A stretch of 64,000 nt of DNA. It comes from Phormidesmis sp. GTDB lineage: Bacteria > Cyanobacteriota > Cyanobacteriia > Leptolyngbyales > Leptolyngbyaceae. The notes below the pieces were generated by a model. It worked only from the letters and a program-made list of their open reading frames with translations. It did not search any database and was not told the DNA's origin. The stretch is taken from assembly GCA_965248535.1 (NCBI GenBank), contig CBDFJR010000005.1, positions 2,368,001 through 2,432,000 on the forward strand, given 5' to 3'. Positions 44,129 through 54,740 of the stretch are shown here, one piece after another. Made by a program: the position numbers and the translations under genes. Numbering within the stretch: position 1 is the first letter of the stretch; each line of letters begins with the position of its first letter.

Positions 44129-44244
44129 CTATAGGATGAGAGATTTGGATAGCCGCGAACTGCATAATGCGACTAAAAGCCCCTGAAAACTATAGGATGA
44201 GAGATTTGGATAGCCGCGAACTGCATAATGCGACTAAAAGCCCC
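44129..44244. repeat. perfect 55-bp direct repeat (44129-44183 and 44190-44244)
   Basis: CTATAGGATGAGAGATTTGGATAGCCGCGAACTGCATAATGCGACTAAAAGCCCC twice. Confidence 0.9.
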
Positions 44245-44270
44245 CATTTTAGCAAGCACGGTAAACGCTG

Positions 44271-44690
44271 ATGAACTACTGGTCTTTACACTCTAAGGCG
44301 CTACCCCGAATTTTGGTGGTGGATGATGTTGCTGATAACTCCGATCTGCTGCAAGCTCTTTTAGAAGGTGAAGGCTACCAGGTTGAGATTGCCGATAGCG
44401 GAAGGGATGCGATCGCTCAAGTTCACCTGTCTCCTCCCGATCTGGTGCTGCTAGATGTGATGATGCCAGAGATGAATGGTTTTGAGGTGACTCAACAGCT
44501 TCGGCAACACCACGATCGTTCAACGCTGCCGATTTTTTTAGTCACGGGTCACGATCAGATTCAGCTATCAACTTTAAAGATGGTCGAAGTCAATGGGCTG
44601 ATTCGCAAACCAATCGATTTTGAAGATGTGCTGACGAAAGTAAAGTCGGTGCTGCCTGCACATAACCCTAACTATACCTTCTGCGATTGA
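44271..44690 (+). CDS. single-domain response regulator
   Basis: ILVVDD, DLVLLDVMMP, RKP. Confidence 0.9.
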   Translation: MNYWSLHSKALPRILVVDDVADNSDLLQALLEGEGYQVEIADSGRDAIAQVHLSPPDLVLLDVMMPEMNGFEVTQQLRQHHDRSTLPIFLVTGHDQIQLSTLKMVEVNGLIRKPIDFEDVLTKVKSVLPAHNPNYTFCD

Positions 44691-44850
44691 AGTGTTTGAG
44701 GTCTCTAAGAGCCTCTAAAACGACGGGCCGTTCTTCTGGATTCAGCTTGTTGAGAAGGTCTTGCACCCAGTCTTCTCGCTGAATGTCAAGATAGATTTGC
44801 TGACTGTTTTCTGAGAGCATCCTTGTCTTAGATTGAGGAGTTGACATCAT
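44668..44850 (-). CDS. small hypothetical protein
   Basis: MMSTPQSK...DWVQDLLNKLNPEERPVVLEALRDL; helical composition, no recognised motif. Confidence 0.4.
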   Translation of the reverse strand: MMSTPQSKTRMLSENSQQIYLDIQREDWVQDLLNKLNPEERPVVLEALRDLKHFNRRRYS

Positions 44851-44960
44851 GGCAGACTTAGACACTCTTAGAACGTATGAGGATGCAGACTCCTGAAGTA
44901 TAAAGAAAGAATTAAAACTTATCAATACGTTTTAAAAATTATCTCGATCGCTGACTACGA

Positions 44961-46187
44961 TTGCGGCAACTGGCAAAATCTGTCACAGTGGTTGCCCACC
45001 TCATTCCTGTCTCAATGGCAAAGCTCCGCGAAATTCATCTGCCGACAACTCTGCGCGATCACCTAGTGAGAGGGCATCCCTGGGTCTATCGCACTCACAT
45101 TGCCAACGATCTGCATCTACCGTCAGGAAGCTGGGTCAAACTGCGCTGCGGCGGCTGGACAGGCTATGGACTGTGGGATGACCAAGGCGCGATCGCGGTT
45201 CGCATTTTCTGCGATCGTGATCTGCCGACTCCTCCCTGGTTTCGCCAACAGATTCAAGCTGCGTGGGATCTGCGATCGTCGCTCCGAGATCAAGGCTGCA
45301 CCGCCTATCGATGGCTGTTTGGCGAAGGGGACGGGTTACCAGGGTTGACCGTCGATCTATATGGCGATTTTGCCGTCGTGCAGACCTATATGCCAGGCGC
45401 AGAAGAACTTTTAGATTGGCTCGTTAAATCTCTGACTGCGATCAAACCCCTTGAGGGCATTTCTCTGCGAATCCAGCCGGGCGATCGGGCTGAGGGTGAC
45501 AGCAAAACTCAACTGCTGTGGGGCAATCCCGCTCCTTTAGAATTTGTTGTGCAAGAACACGGCTTGAAATTTGCGGTAAACCTACACACCGGGCAAAAAA
45601 CCGGATTGTTTCTTGATCACCGAGACAATCGGCGATTTGTGGAGGGGTTGAGTGGCGATCGCGACGTGCTGAACTGTTTCTCCTACACGGGAGCTTTTTC
45701 GCTCTATGCGCTGCGGGGCAATGCCCGTCACGTCACGAGTGTAGACATCGGCAAAGGGCTAGCAGCATCGGCAGATAAGAATATTGCTCTCAATCAACTT
45801 GATGCAACTCGACACCAGTTTATCACCCAAGATTGCTTTGAATTGTTAGATGGTTATGCTCAAGAAAAGCGCACCTTTGATCTGATCATTCTCGACCCGC
45901 CCAGCTTTGCCAAGAGCAAGCAAAACCGCTATGCCGCCATCCGTGGCTACACAAAATTAAATGCTTTGGCGATGCGATGTTTGGCTCCCAATGGGCTATT
46001 GGTGTCGGCAAGCTGCACGAGTCAAGTCAGTCCAGAGGCGTTTAAGGAAATGCTGGCGGCCGCAGGTGCTTCAGCCGGGCGACGAGTTCAAATGATTCAT
46101 GAAGCGGGACACGCGATCGACCATCCTGTTCCGGCACAGTTTCCAGAAGGGCGCTATCTCAAGTTTGTCGTCGGACGGGTTCGATGA
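44961..46187 (+). CDS. RlmI-like class I SAM-dependent rRNA methyltransferase (start probably at MAKLRE)
   Basis: GHPWVY PUA domain, GQKTGLFLDHR, FSYTGAFS, DPPSF, SCT, YLK. Confidence 0.9.
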   Translation: MRQLAKSVTVVAHLIPVSMAKLREIHLPTTLRDHLVRGHPWVYRTHIANDLHLPSGSWVKLRCGGWTGYGLWDDQGAIAVRIFCDRDLPTPPWFRQQIQAAWDLRSSLRDQGCTAYRWLFGEGDGLPGLTVDLYGDFAVVQTYMPGAEELLDWLVKSLTAIKPLEGISLRIQPGDRAEGDSKTQLLWGNPAPLEFVVQEHGLKFAVNLHTGQKTGLFLDHRDNRRFVEGLSGDRDVLNCFSYTGAFSLYALRGNARHVTSVDIGKGLAASADKNIALNQLDATRHQFITQDCFELLDGYAQEKRTFDLIILDPPSFAKSKQNRYAAIRGYTKLNALAMRCLAPNGLLVSASCTSQVSPEAFKEMLAAAGASAGRRVQMIHEAGHAIDHPVPAQFPEGRYLKFVVGRVR

Positions 46188-46331
46188 TTGGTGCAGCATG
46201 GGCTACACTAACCTCTTACAGACCTGATTAGTTGGAGAATGTTGGTCGAGTTAGCAGAATTCTTATCGTTGATTCGCTTGCGATCGCAACGGGTGACAAA
46301 ACAGGCATGAATGTCTACGATTCCAACTGCT

Positions 46332-46712
46332 TTATCGATTATAGGGTTGTTCAGTTACAAGCCCTGGAACAACTCGATAATGCTTGACATTAAACGTACA
46401 GAGTTTAGCACCGCGACCCACTGCACAAGCAGCGATCAACGCATCAAGCAGTCCTATATTATTTGACAAGTGGTAAGTTGTGAAATCTGATAAAGCACGG
46501 GCACAATCAACTTCAGTCGCCCAAATGACAGGAAGCGGAGCAATAAGCTTAAGGGTATCGCGAACTTGTTGCCTGTTTTGAGAATTCTGAATTAGCTCCA
46601 TCATGACAAAACCAGGCACACTAGAAAGCTCTAGCAGATTGCTAAACCAATCAATTGCAGGCTGATGTCCACGTTGAATGTCGATCAGGACATCTGTGTC
46701 CAACAAGTACAT
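46332..46712 (-). CDS. PIN-domain (VapC-like) toxin
   Basis: MYLLDTDVLID, DALIAACA, TFNVKHY. Confidence 0.9.
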   Translation of the reverse strand: MYLLDTDVLIDIQRGHQPAIDWFSNLLELSSVPGFVMMELIQNSQNRQQVRDTLKLIAPLPVIWATEVDCARALSDFTTYHLSNNIGLLDALIAACAVGRGAKLCTFNVKHYRVVPGLVTEQPYNR

Positions 46713-46716
46713 ATTT

Positions 46717-46977
46717 CTAACCACGTTTCCGTGTTTCAGCCTCATTTCGTAGCTTCCGAGCGTGGGCTTGACTATCAGTGATGTCAGGTCGTGAATTGAT
46801 CACTCCTTCACGCTGCCAATAGGCAACTAACTCCGCGCCTGTTTGAGGCAAATTTTCTGATGCTTGTCTTGTCGCAAGAACTCTCAGAACATACTCATTC
46901 AAAGGTAGATTTAGCTGAGAAGCTTCTGTATAAAGTTCATGCTCTAGTTCGGGTGGCAAGTCGAGATTGAGAGTCAT
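46717..46977 (-). CDS. putative antitoxin
   Basis: 86 aa, RHH-like MTLNLDLPPELE start, 4 nt upstream of the PIN gene. Confidence 0.75.
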   Translation of the reverse strand: MTLNLDLPPELEHELYTEASQLNLPLNEYVLRVLATRQASENLPQTGAELVAYWQREGVINSRPDITDSQAHARKLRNEAETRKRG

Positions 46978-47315
46978 TTCACGCTCCTAATTTGGTTTTG
47001 CTTTTGCAACGATCGTAACTTGAGTAGTCAAAATATGGGCATCTTTACAAAGTCAGCTAAACGGTCGCTATTACGCAAGCACCCATCAGACATAGATATA
47101 GTGGACTTTTGAATCGGGCCTTGTCTCTTCAACCGTCCTTTAGTCCGACTGCCAGCCCATAGGTTCCCTGAACCGGAAACATTCGCCTCAGCATTTCTCG
47201 TGCTTTGATTGCTGCACTCAACTTTTGATGCGATCGCCCCAACTTCTCCAGCCCGTCTTCGTCGCCAACCCGCTCACCCAACTATCATGGAGAGGCCGCC
47301 ATCTTCTCAACGCTC

Positions 47316-49812
47316 ATGCACGCTGCTGAAAACGAAACGTCTCCCGATAATCATCGTCTGCGATGTCCCGAATTGCTTGCCCCTGCGGGTCATTGGGATT
47401 GCGCCAAAGCCGCGATCGAGAACGGTGCTGATGCGATTTATTTTGGCTTAGAGCGATTTAACGCCCGAATGCGGGCGCAAAACTTCACTGAAGCTGATTT
47501 GCCGCAGTTAATGGAATTTTTGCATCGGCGCGGCGTGAAAGGCTATGTCACCCTCAACACGCTGATCTTTCCAGCAGAGTTGGCGGAGGCAGAACATTAT
47601 CTCCGCACAATTATTTCGGCGGGAGTGGATGCGGCGATCGTGCAAGATGTTGGCATTTGTCGGCTGATTCGTCACTTATCGCCCGATTTTCCGATTCATG
47701 CCTCGACTCAGATGACGGTTACGAGTGCGGCCGGGGTGGAATTTGCTCAAGCGATCGGGTGTCAGTTAGTGGTACTGGCTCGTGAATGTTCGATTAAAGA
47801 AATTGACAAAATTCAGCAGCAGATTGCGGAGAGAAATATCTCACTGCCGCTAGAAGTGTTTGTGCATGGGGCGCTGTGTGTCGCCTATTCAGGACAGTGT
47901 TTGACGAGTGAATCGCTGGGCGGACGCTCTGCCAATCGCGGCGAGTGCGCGCAAGCGTGTCGGATGCCTTACGAATTAATTTCAGACGGTGAAGTGATTG
48001 ATTTAGGCCATCAAGATAATCGCAAATATCTGTTGAGTCCTCAAGATTTAGCGGGGTTAGACGTGTTGCCAGAACTCGTTAAAACCGGAGTCAGCAGCCT
48101 CAAGATCGAAGGGCGGCTAAAATCGCCAGAATATGTGGCAACTGTGACGCGAGTTTATCGAGAAGCCCTCGATCGCATCATGTCAGATTTAGAATCTCTC
48201 GATCCTGGAGAAGATCGGTATCGATTGGAGATGGCATTCTCGCGAGGGCTTCACACGGGCTGGTTTGAGGGCATCAACAATCAAGAATTAGTTCACGCTC
48301 GATTTGGCAAAAAGCGCGGCGTTTATCTGGGCGAAGTCACCCAGATCCGGAACGAGCAGATCACAGTGCGACTGCAAGCGCCGCTCAAGCCAGGAGACGG
48401 CGTAGTGTTTGATAGTGGGCATCCCGAAGCGTCAGAAGAAGGCGGACGGATTTATACGATCGAGCATCACGGACAAGATGCAATTCTCGCATTTGGACGC
48501 GGCGCGCTGAATTTTCACCGCATTCATCTCGGCGATCGTGTATGGAAAACCAGCGACCCAGACCTCGATCGTCAAATCAGACAGACCTATGCAGGCGACA
48601 CGCCCCAGTTTCAGCGGCCGATTGATCTTGAGATTCATGGCAATGTCGGACAGACTCTCGTGGTGATTGCCCGCGATCGCATCGGTCATGTCGTGCAAGT
48701 TGAATCTGAGATGCCATTGGTAGAGGCACACAATAAACCATTGACGAGCGATCGCTTACGCGAACAATTAGGGACGACTCGGCAACACTCCCTTTTGTCT
48801 AGGAGAGTTGACTAATCATCTGAATGGATCGGCAATGCTGCCTGTAAGCGAATTAAATCGCATTCGTCGAGAGTTTGTCACGCAGCTAGAAACGCTGCGG
48901 GCAATGCCAAAACGCTGGCAAATTAATTCAAATGCAACGCTTTTAGAATTGCTGCCTAACATTCCTTCGCGATCGGTGTCGGCTCCCAATCTCCTCGTCT
49001 TAGTTCGTAGTTTGGGTCAGCTTCGAGCCGCGTTAGAAACCGATATTCAGACGCTCTATTGCGAGTTTGAAGATCCGCGTGCCTATAAACAAGCGGTGCA
49101 GCTAGTAAGACAGCACGAAGGCAAAGCGATTTGGGTCGCGCCGCCTCGCATCACAAAACCGGGAGAGAAGTGGATCTTGCAGCAGGTACGAGACTCTCAA
49201 GCCGATGGCTATCTGGTACGAAATTATGATCAGCTTGAGGCGTTTCAGTCAGTGCGCTGTGTCGGAGATTTTTCACTCAACGTTGCCAACGCTTTGACCG
49301 CCGATTACTTAATTCAGACGTTTGGGTTAGAGCGAGTCACCGCGTCTTATGACCTAAATATTTCACAACTGCAAGACTTATTAACCAGCGGTTCGCCCGA
49401 TTGGTATGAGGTGACGATCCATCAACATATGCCGATGTTTCACATGGAGCATTGCGTGTTTTGCGCCTTTATGTCTGACGGAACCGACTACACCAACTGC
49501 GGGCGACCCTGCGAAGATCATGAGGTGAAGCTGCGCGATCGCGTTGGCACCGAGCATATTCTCACCGCCGATGCGGGTTGTCGCAACACGGTGTTTAACG
49601 GCAAAGCTCAAACGGGCGCAGAATATTTGCAAACGCTGGCGAAACTGGGTGTAAATCACTTTAGGATTGAGTTTGTGAATGAATCTGATCAGCAAGTTAA
49701 ACACACGATCGAGTGCTATCAAAAGCTCTTAAAAGGAGAAATCAACGGCTCTCAACTCTGGCGATCGTTAAACCTGCAAAATCAGCTAGGGGTCACCCGC
49801 GGCACTTTTTAA
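47316..49812 (+). pseudogene. U32 peptidase-family (RlhA-like, DUF3656) protein split by a +1 frameshift at 48771-48773 (possible sequencing error)
   Basis: PELLAPAG, HGALCVAYSGQC, NRGECAQACR, KIEGR; deleting one G gives EQLGRLGNTPFCLGELTNHL, joining ORF 48808-49812. Confidence 0.85.
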
Positions 49813-49917
49813 GATCGAGTGTTGCTGGGCCCATTGCCCCGCAGATCGACGAAACTGAGAATGATCTGCCCTAAGAGTGAGCACTTCTCTACCTTTTGCT
49901 GAGTAGACTATTCGCTG

Positions 49918-50754
49918 ATGAACATCATCTCACCCACCCCTAACCTAGAGGATATCGAGATTCAGTTGCTCTTAGACGGCATTTATCGCTATTATGGTCA
50001 CGATTTTCGCAACTATGCTGCCGACTCGCTCAAGCGACGCATTCACCGTTTTTTGAACGTAGAGGGGTTCTCAACCATTTCGGCGTTGCAGGCGCAGGTT
50101 TTGCACGATCGGGCTTGTCTCAAGCGGTTCTTAATCAGCCTCACGGTCAACGTGACGGCAATGTTTCGAGATCCCAGCTTTTTTCTCGCCTTTAGAACTC
50201 TGGTGGTGCCGCTCTTGCGAACTTATCCCTTCATTCGCATTTGGCACGCAGGTTGCTCGACCGGACAAGAGGTTTATTCAATGGCGATCGTGCTGCAAGA
50301 AGAAGGGCTTTATCATCGCTGTCGCATCTACGCGACTGACACCAACGAGAGTGTTTTACAAAAAGCAACGCAAGGCATTTTTTCTCTAGAGTTAATGCAA
50401 GAATACACACAATTTTATTTGAAAGCAGGTGGTAAACAAAGTTTCTCAGAATACTATACGGCCGCCTATAATAGCGCCATCTTTCGCGCATCTCTAAGAG
50501 AAAATATTATTTTTTCTCAACACAATTTGGCGACTGATTCATCGTTTAATGAATTCAACGTGATTATTTGCCGCAACGTGTTGATCTATTTCAATCATCT
50601 CCTGCAAGACCATGTTTGCAGTCTGTTTCACAATAGCTTGTGTCCCTTTGGCATTCTGGGTTTAGGGCGACAAGAGTCTCTCAAATTTACCGCTTATGAA
50701 AAGCAATATGAAGAAATTGCTGCGGGTGAAAAGCTTTACCGTCGATCGAGCTAA
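49918..50754 (+). CDS. cheR: CheR-type protein-glutamate methyltransferase
   Basis: VTAMFRDP, IWHAGCSTGQE, CRNVLIYF. Confidence 0.9.
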   Translation: MNIISPTPNLEDIEIQLLLDGIYRYYGHDFRNYAADSLKRRIHRFLNVEGFSTISALQAQVLHDRACLKRFLISLTVNVTAMFRDPSFFLAFRTLVVPLLRTYPFIRIWHAGCSTGQEVYSMAIVLQEEGLYHRCRIYATDTNESVLQKATQGIFSLELMQEYTQFYLKAGGKQSFSEYYTAAYNSAIFRASLRENIIFSQHNLATDSSFNEFNVIICRNVLIYFNHLLQDHVCSLFHNSLCPFGILGLGRQESLKFTAYEKQYEEIAAGEKLYRRSS

Positions 50755-50778
50755 GTCGATTCCCTATTCCTGCTTTCC

Positions 50779-52440
50779 GTGCGATCAGTTCACAGTTCCT
50801 TTCCCTTAGAAAAGCCTATGCAGCCCGACCCAAAAGTAAATATTCTGCTGGTAGACGATCAGCCAGAAAACTTGCTAGCTCTTGAGGCAGTCTTGGCTAA
50901 CTTGGGCAATTTGGTAAGAGCTAACTCTGGGCAAGAAGCACTAAGGCATGTGCTGAGTCAAGACTTTGCTGTGATTTTGATGGATGTGCAAATGCCGGGA
51001 ATGGATGGCTTTGAAACGGCTACACTGATTCGCAATCGCCCGCGATCGCGCCACGTTCCTATTATTTTTCTCACGGCTTTTAGCGCTAGCGATCAGTTGA
51101 TGTTTAAAGGCTATGCGCTGGGAGCCGTTGATTATTTATTTAAACCCATTGACTCTAGCATTCTAATTTCTAAAGTCACTGTATTCGTTGATCTGTTTAA
51201 AAAGACCGAAGCGATGCAGCGACAGTCCGCCCAGCTTGTGGCCATGAATGAAGAACTGCGCCAGAGCGAAGAACGGTTTCGATCGCTGAGTGCTTGCTCT
51301 CCGGTGGGCATTTTTGTAGTGGACTCGGTGGGGCGCTGCACCTATGCCAATCCTCAGTTTCAGGCGATCTGCGGGTTGACCGAAGCTCAGAGTTTAGCAT
51401 CAGGGTGGTTTTCCTCGGTTTGCACTGAAGATCAAGAATCGGCGATCGCTCAGTGGCACGCCTATGTGAGGGAGGGTAGCCACTATTCTGAAGAGATGCG
51501 ATTCTACACGAGCGCCGATGATGCGCCGCGCTGGATGCATGTGCGGTCTAGCCCCATGCTGTCAACTCAAGGCGAACTTTTGGGCTATGTGGGCACGATC
51601 GAAGACATCACTGAGCGCAAACAAGCCGAAGCCACCCGCGCCGAAATGGTGCGTGAACAGATCGCCCGACAGGAAGCGGAAGCCGCTAGCTTGATGAAAG
51701 ACGAGTTTTTGTCCGTGCTTTCTCACGAGTTGAGAACGCCCCTTAACTCTATGCTGGGCTGGGCGCGATTGCTGCGATCGAAGAAAATGGATGAGACCAG
51801 CGTCGCCCGCGCTTTAGCAACGATCGAGCGCAATGCCGAAGCCCAAGCGCGATTGATCGAAGACATTTTAGATATGTCTAAAATCATTCGGGGCAAGCTT
51901 GAGATTAATTATTGTGCGGTGAATCTGATTCACGTTGTTGAGATCGCGATCGATTCGGTGCGTCCGCAGGCTGATCTGAAGTCTATTCAGCTAATCGCCT
52001 CGATCGATCCAACCGTGAGCAAAGTCTGGGGTGACCCGATGCGGTTGCAGCAGGTGCTGCTCAATCTGCTCACCAATGCCATCAAATTTACGCCCAATAA
52101 CGGCACGGTTGAGGTGAAGCTAGCCAAACGACCGAATGAAGAATTTCTTCAGCTTCAGGTCATTGACACGGGCATTGGCATTCGTCCTGACTTTTTGCCT
52201 AGAGTCTTCGATCGGTTTCGGCAAGCCGACAGCAGCACGACGCGATCGTTTGGGGGGTTGGGGCTAGGGTTAGCGATCGTGCGTCACCTCGTCGAACTGA
52301 CTCAAGGCACCATTTATGCAGAAAGCCCTGGCGAAGGCAAAGGTTCCACCTTCACCATCATCTTGCCTCTATGGCAGGGCACCGATCCGCTGCTTAATCG
52401 CTCTCTGTCAGAAGATTTAGAAGGCGCAAATATTAAATGA
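50779..52440 (+). CDS. REC-PAS hybrid histidine kinase (start probably ATG 50818)
   Basis: [34 protein letters not shown]. Confidence 0.92.
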   Translation: MRSVHSSFPLEKPMQPDPKVNILLVDDQPENLLALEAVLANLGNLVRANSGQEALRHVLSQDFAVILMDVQMPGMDGFETATLIRNRPRSRHVPIIFLTAFSASDQLMFKGYALGAVDYLFKPIDSSILISKVTVFVDLFKKTEAMQRQSAQLVAMNEELRQSEERFRSLSACSPVGIFVVDSVGRCTYANPQFQAICGLTEAQSLASGWFSSVCTEDQESAIAQWHAYVREGSHYSEEMRFYTSADDAPRWMHVRSSPMLSTQGELLGYVGTIEDITERKQAEATRAEMVREQIARQEAEAASLMKDEFLSVLSHELRTPLNSMLGWARLLRSKKMDETSVARALATIERNAEAQARLIEDILDMSKIIRGKLEINYCAVNLIHVVEIAIDSVRPQADLKSIQLIASIDPTVSKVWGDPMRLQQVLLNLLTNAIKFTPNNGTVEVKLAKRPNEEFLQLQVIDTGIGIRPDFLPRVFDRFRQADSSTTRSFGGLGLGLAIVRHLVELTQGTIYAESPGEGKGSTFTIILPLWQGTDPLLNRSLSEDLEGANIK

Positions 52441-52814
52441 AGCGCGTTTTGATTATTGACAACGAGCCTCATATTCGAGAAGTGACAAAAATTTGCTTGG
52501 AGACGATCGCTAACTGGGATGTGATCACGGCAAGTTCTGGAAGAGAAGGAATTGCTAAAGCTCAAACTGAACAGCCAGACGCGATTTTGCTGGATGTGAT
52601 GATGCCCGAAATGGACGGCTTAACGACGTTTGCCACCCTTCAAGCTGACGCGGCAACCCAGTTGATTCCAGTGATTTTGTTGACGGCTAAGATGCAGACA
52701 GGAGATCAGCGCCGCTATCGTCAATTGGGAATTAGGGCTACGATCGCTAAACCCTTTGAGCCGCTGAATCTGGCCCAGCAGATCGCCGCCGCGCTGAATT
52801 GGAACCTAAGCTAA
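52437..52814 (+). CDS. single-domain response regulator
   Basis: [20 protein letters not shown]; 4-nt overlap with the kinase. Confidence 0.9.
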   Translation: MKRVLIIDNEPHIREVTKICLETIANWDVITASSGREGIAKAQTEQPDAILLDVMMPEMDGLTTFATLQADAATQLIPVILLTAKMQTGDQRRYRQLGIRATIAKPFEPLNLAQQIAAALNWNLS

Positions 52815-52833
52815 CCGCCATTGCAACAGACCG

Positions 52834-54690
52834 TTAGGCGCGATAGGGCTGGGCTTGAAGTTCAAATAACTCGGCATAGAGACCCTGATGCCGCATTAGA
52901 TCTGGGTGGGTGCCGCTTTCTACAATGCGTCCTTGATCCATCACATAAATGCGATCGGCCATTTTCACCGTCGATAAGCGGTGGCTGATCAAAATCGCCG
53001 ATCGCCCTTTAATCAACTGTCTAAAATTCTCATAGACCACCTCCTCAGCTTTGGCATCTAGGGCACTGGTCGGTTCGTCGAGCACGACCAGTTGCGAATT
53101 GCGTAGAAACGCCCGCGCCAGCGCAATTTTTTGCCACTGTCCTCCACTCAATTCTTCCCCTTGGTGAAACGATCGCCCTAGCCAAGTCTCGTAGCCATCG
53201 GGCAGGGTTTGAATCACCGCATCGGCACCAGAGGCTTTAGCGGCTAACTGAACCTGCGGATCTTGAGGTGGCAACTCCACATTTCCTAGCCAAATATTGG
53301 TGTGGGCAGTGAGGTCATAGCGCACATAGTCCTGAAAGACGACACTGACCTGGCGACGCAAATCGGCGATTTGGAAGTTGCGGACATCGATTCCATCCCA
53401 GGTAATCTGTCCGGCGGTCGGTTCATATAAGCGGCAGAGTAGCTTGATCAGCGTCGTTTTGCCGGAGCCGTTTTCGCCGACGAGTGCCACCACTTCTCCG
53501 GGGCGAATGACTAAATCAATGCCTTGCACTGCCTGCCGTTGGCTGTGAGCATATTGAAAATCAACTTGATGAAACACAATACCCTGCTGCATGGGTTGCG
53601 GCACGGGCCGGGGCTGAACCGGATCAGGAAGCTTGGTTTCTAGATCGAAAAACTCATTGAGGTTGCACAGATACAGATAGTTTTCGTGCATACTAGACAG
53701 CCCGCCGAGTAAGGCTTGCAGCGAGCCTTTACCGCGCTGTAGAGCTTGATGATACAACACGAGATCACCCAGTTTTAGCGCGCCATTGACTGCTTGTAGA
53801 ATAATGAAGCTGTAGAGTGCCAGCATCAATATCGCCCCGATCGCTTGGACACCGATGTAGACTAAAGCCTGTTGCCGATCGATCGCGAGTTTTTCTCGAT
53901 GCAACTGTTTTTGCAATCGCAAGACCCATTCGGTAAAGTAGGGCCCCAAATTGAATAAGCGCAGTTCTTTGGCAAAGCCTGCCGAGGCGACAATGCTTCC
54001 TAAATAGCTGATTTGTCGGTGCATTTGGGTGCTGCGGCGCTCCCATTCATAGCCGATTTTGCCGTATTTAAACTGGGCAAGGAGGGTGGGCAGCGTGGTT
54101 AAAACCAAGGCCGGTAGCGTCACCCAGTGAATCGTGACGAGTAGCCCGATCATGGTGATCAGCGATAGCCCATTTTGCACCAAGGCGGTGGCGGTATACA
54201 TCACATGGGTGGGGCGTTGCACCTCCCGCTGGGCGCGTTGCAGAATATTGTAGTATTCTGTGTTTTCGTAGCATTCAATATCGACGGCGATCGCTTTGGC
54301 ATAGAAGCGTGCCTGCATATATTCGGTGAGTTTGAGTCCTTGCGCTTGGGTCACCCAGTTGTCGAAGGAAGAGCACAAGAGGTTTAACAGTAAGCACCCC
54401 CCCGCCAGTCCGAAGAGTATGGCCAGTTGGGGCATGATGGTGGCCCGATGTGCTGCATCCATGTCTGTTTTGATGCTGATGGTGAGCACATCGACGACCC
54501 ATTTGTTCACATAGAGGCTGGCGAGGGAGAGTCCGCTTTGAAGCAGCAGTAAACTCACATGGATGACTGTCCATTTAGGACTGCTCTGCCAGACCAATTT
54601 TAGGGCAGACAGCGATCGTATGCTGTGGCTTATTTGGCGAGAGAATTGTTTTAGACTACGAATAAACCAACGATTCACGGGCTTAATCAC
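52834..54690 (-). CDS. ABC exporter (TMD + NBD), RiPP-cluster type
   Basis: AKELRLF, GENGSGKTT, LSGGQWQKIALAR, LDEPT; no C39 peptidase domain seen. Confidence 0.92.
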   Translation of the reverse strand: MIKPVNRWFIRSLKQFSRQISHSIRSLSALKLVWQSSPKWTVIHVSLLLLQSGLSLASLYVNKWVVDVLTISIKTDMDAAHRATIMPQLAILFGLAGGCLLLNLLCSSFDNWVTQAQGLKLTEYMQARFYAKAIAVDIECYENTEYYNILQRAQREVQRPTHVMYTATALVQNGLSLITMIGLLVTIHWVTLPALVLTTLPTLLAQFKYGKIGYEWERRSTQMHRQISYLGSIVASAGFAKELRLFNLGPYFTEWVLRLQKQLHREKLAIDRQQALVYIGVQAIGAILMLALYSFIILQAVNGALKLGDLVLYHQALQRGKGSLQALLGGLSSMHENYLYLCNLNEFFDLETKLPDPVQPRPVPQPMQQGIVFHQVDFQYAHSQRQAVQGIDLVIRPGEVVALVGENGSGKTTLIKLLCRLYEPTAGQITWDGIDVRNFQIADLRRQVSVVFQDYVRYDLTAHTNIWLGNVELPPQDPQVQLAAKASGADAVIQTLPDGYETWLGRSFHQGEELSGGQWQKIALARAFLRNSQLVVLDEPTSALDAKAEEVVYENFRQLIKGRSAILISHRLSTVKMADRIYVMDQGRIVESGTHPDLMRHQGLYAELFELQAQPYRA

Positions 54691-54740
54691 TCACAATATC
54701 TGACGAGACTAAAAGAATGGTCGCAATAGACGCTCGATGT

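Noticed and set aside
44129..44244. Direct repeat as a CRISPR array
   Set aside because: Only two 55-bp copies with a 6-nt gap and no cas genes.
47100..47200. Possibly structured intergenic sequence as an ncRNA
   Set aside because: No recognisable match to 6S, SRP, tmRNA or riboswitch motifs; needs an Rfam scan.
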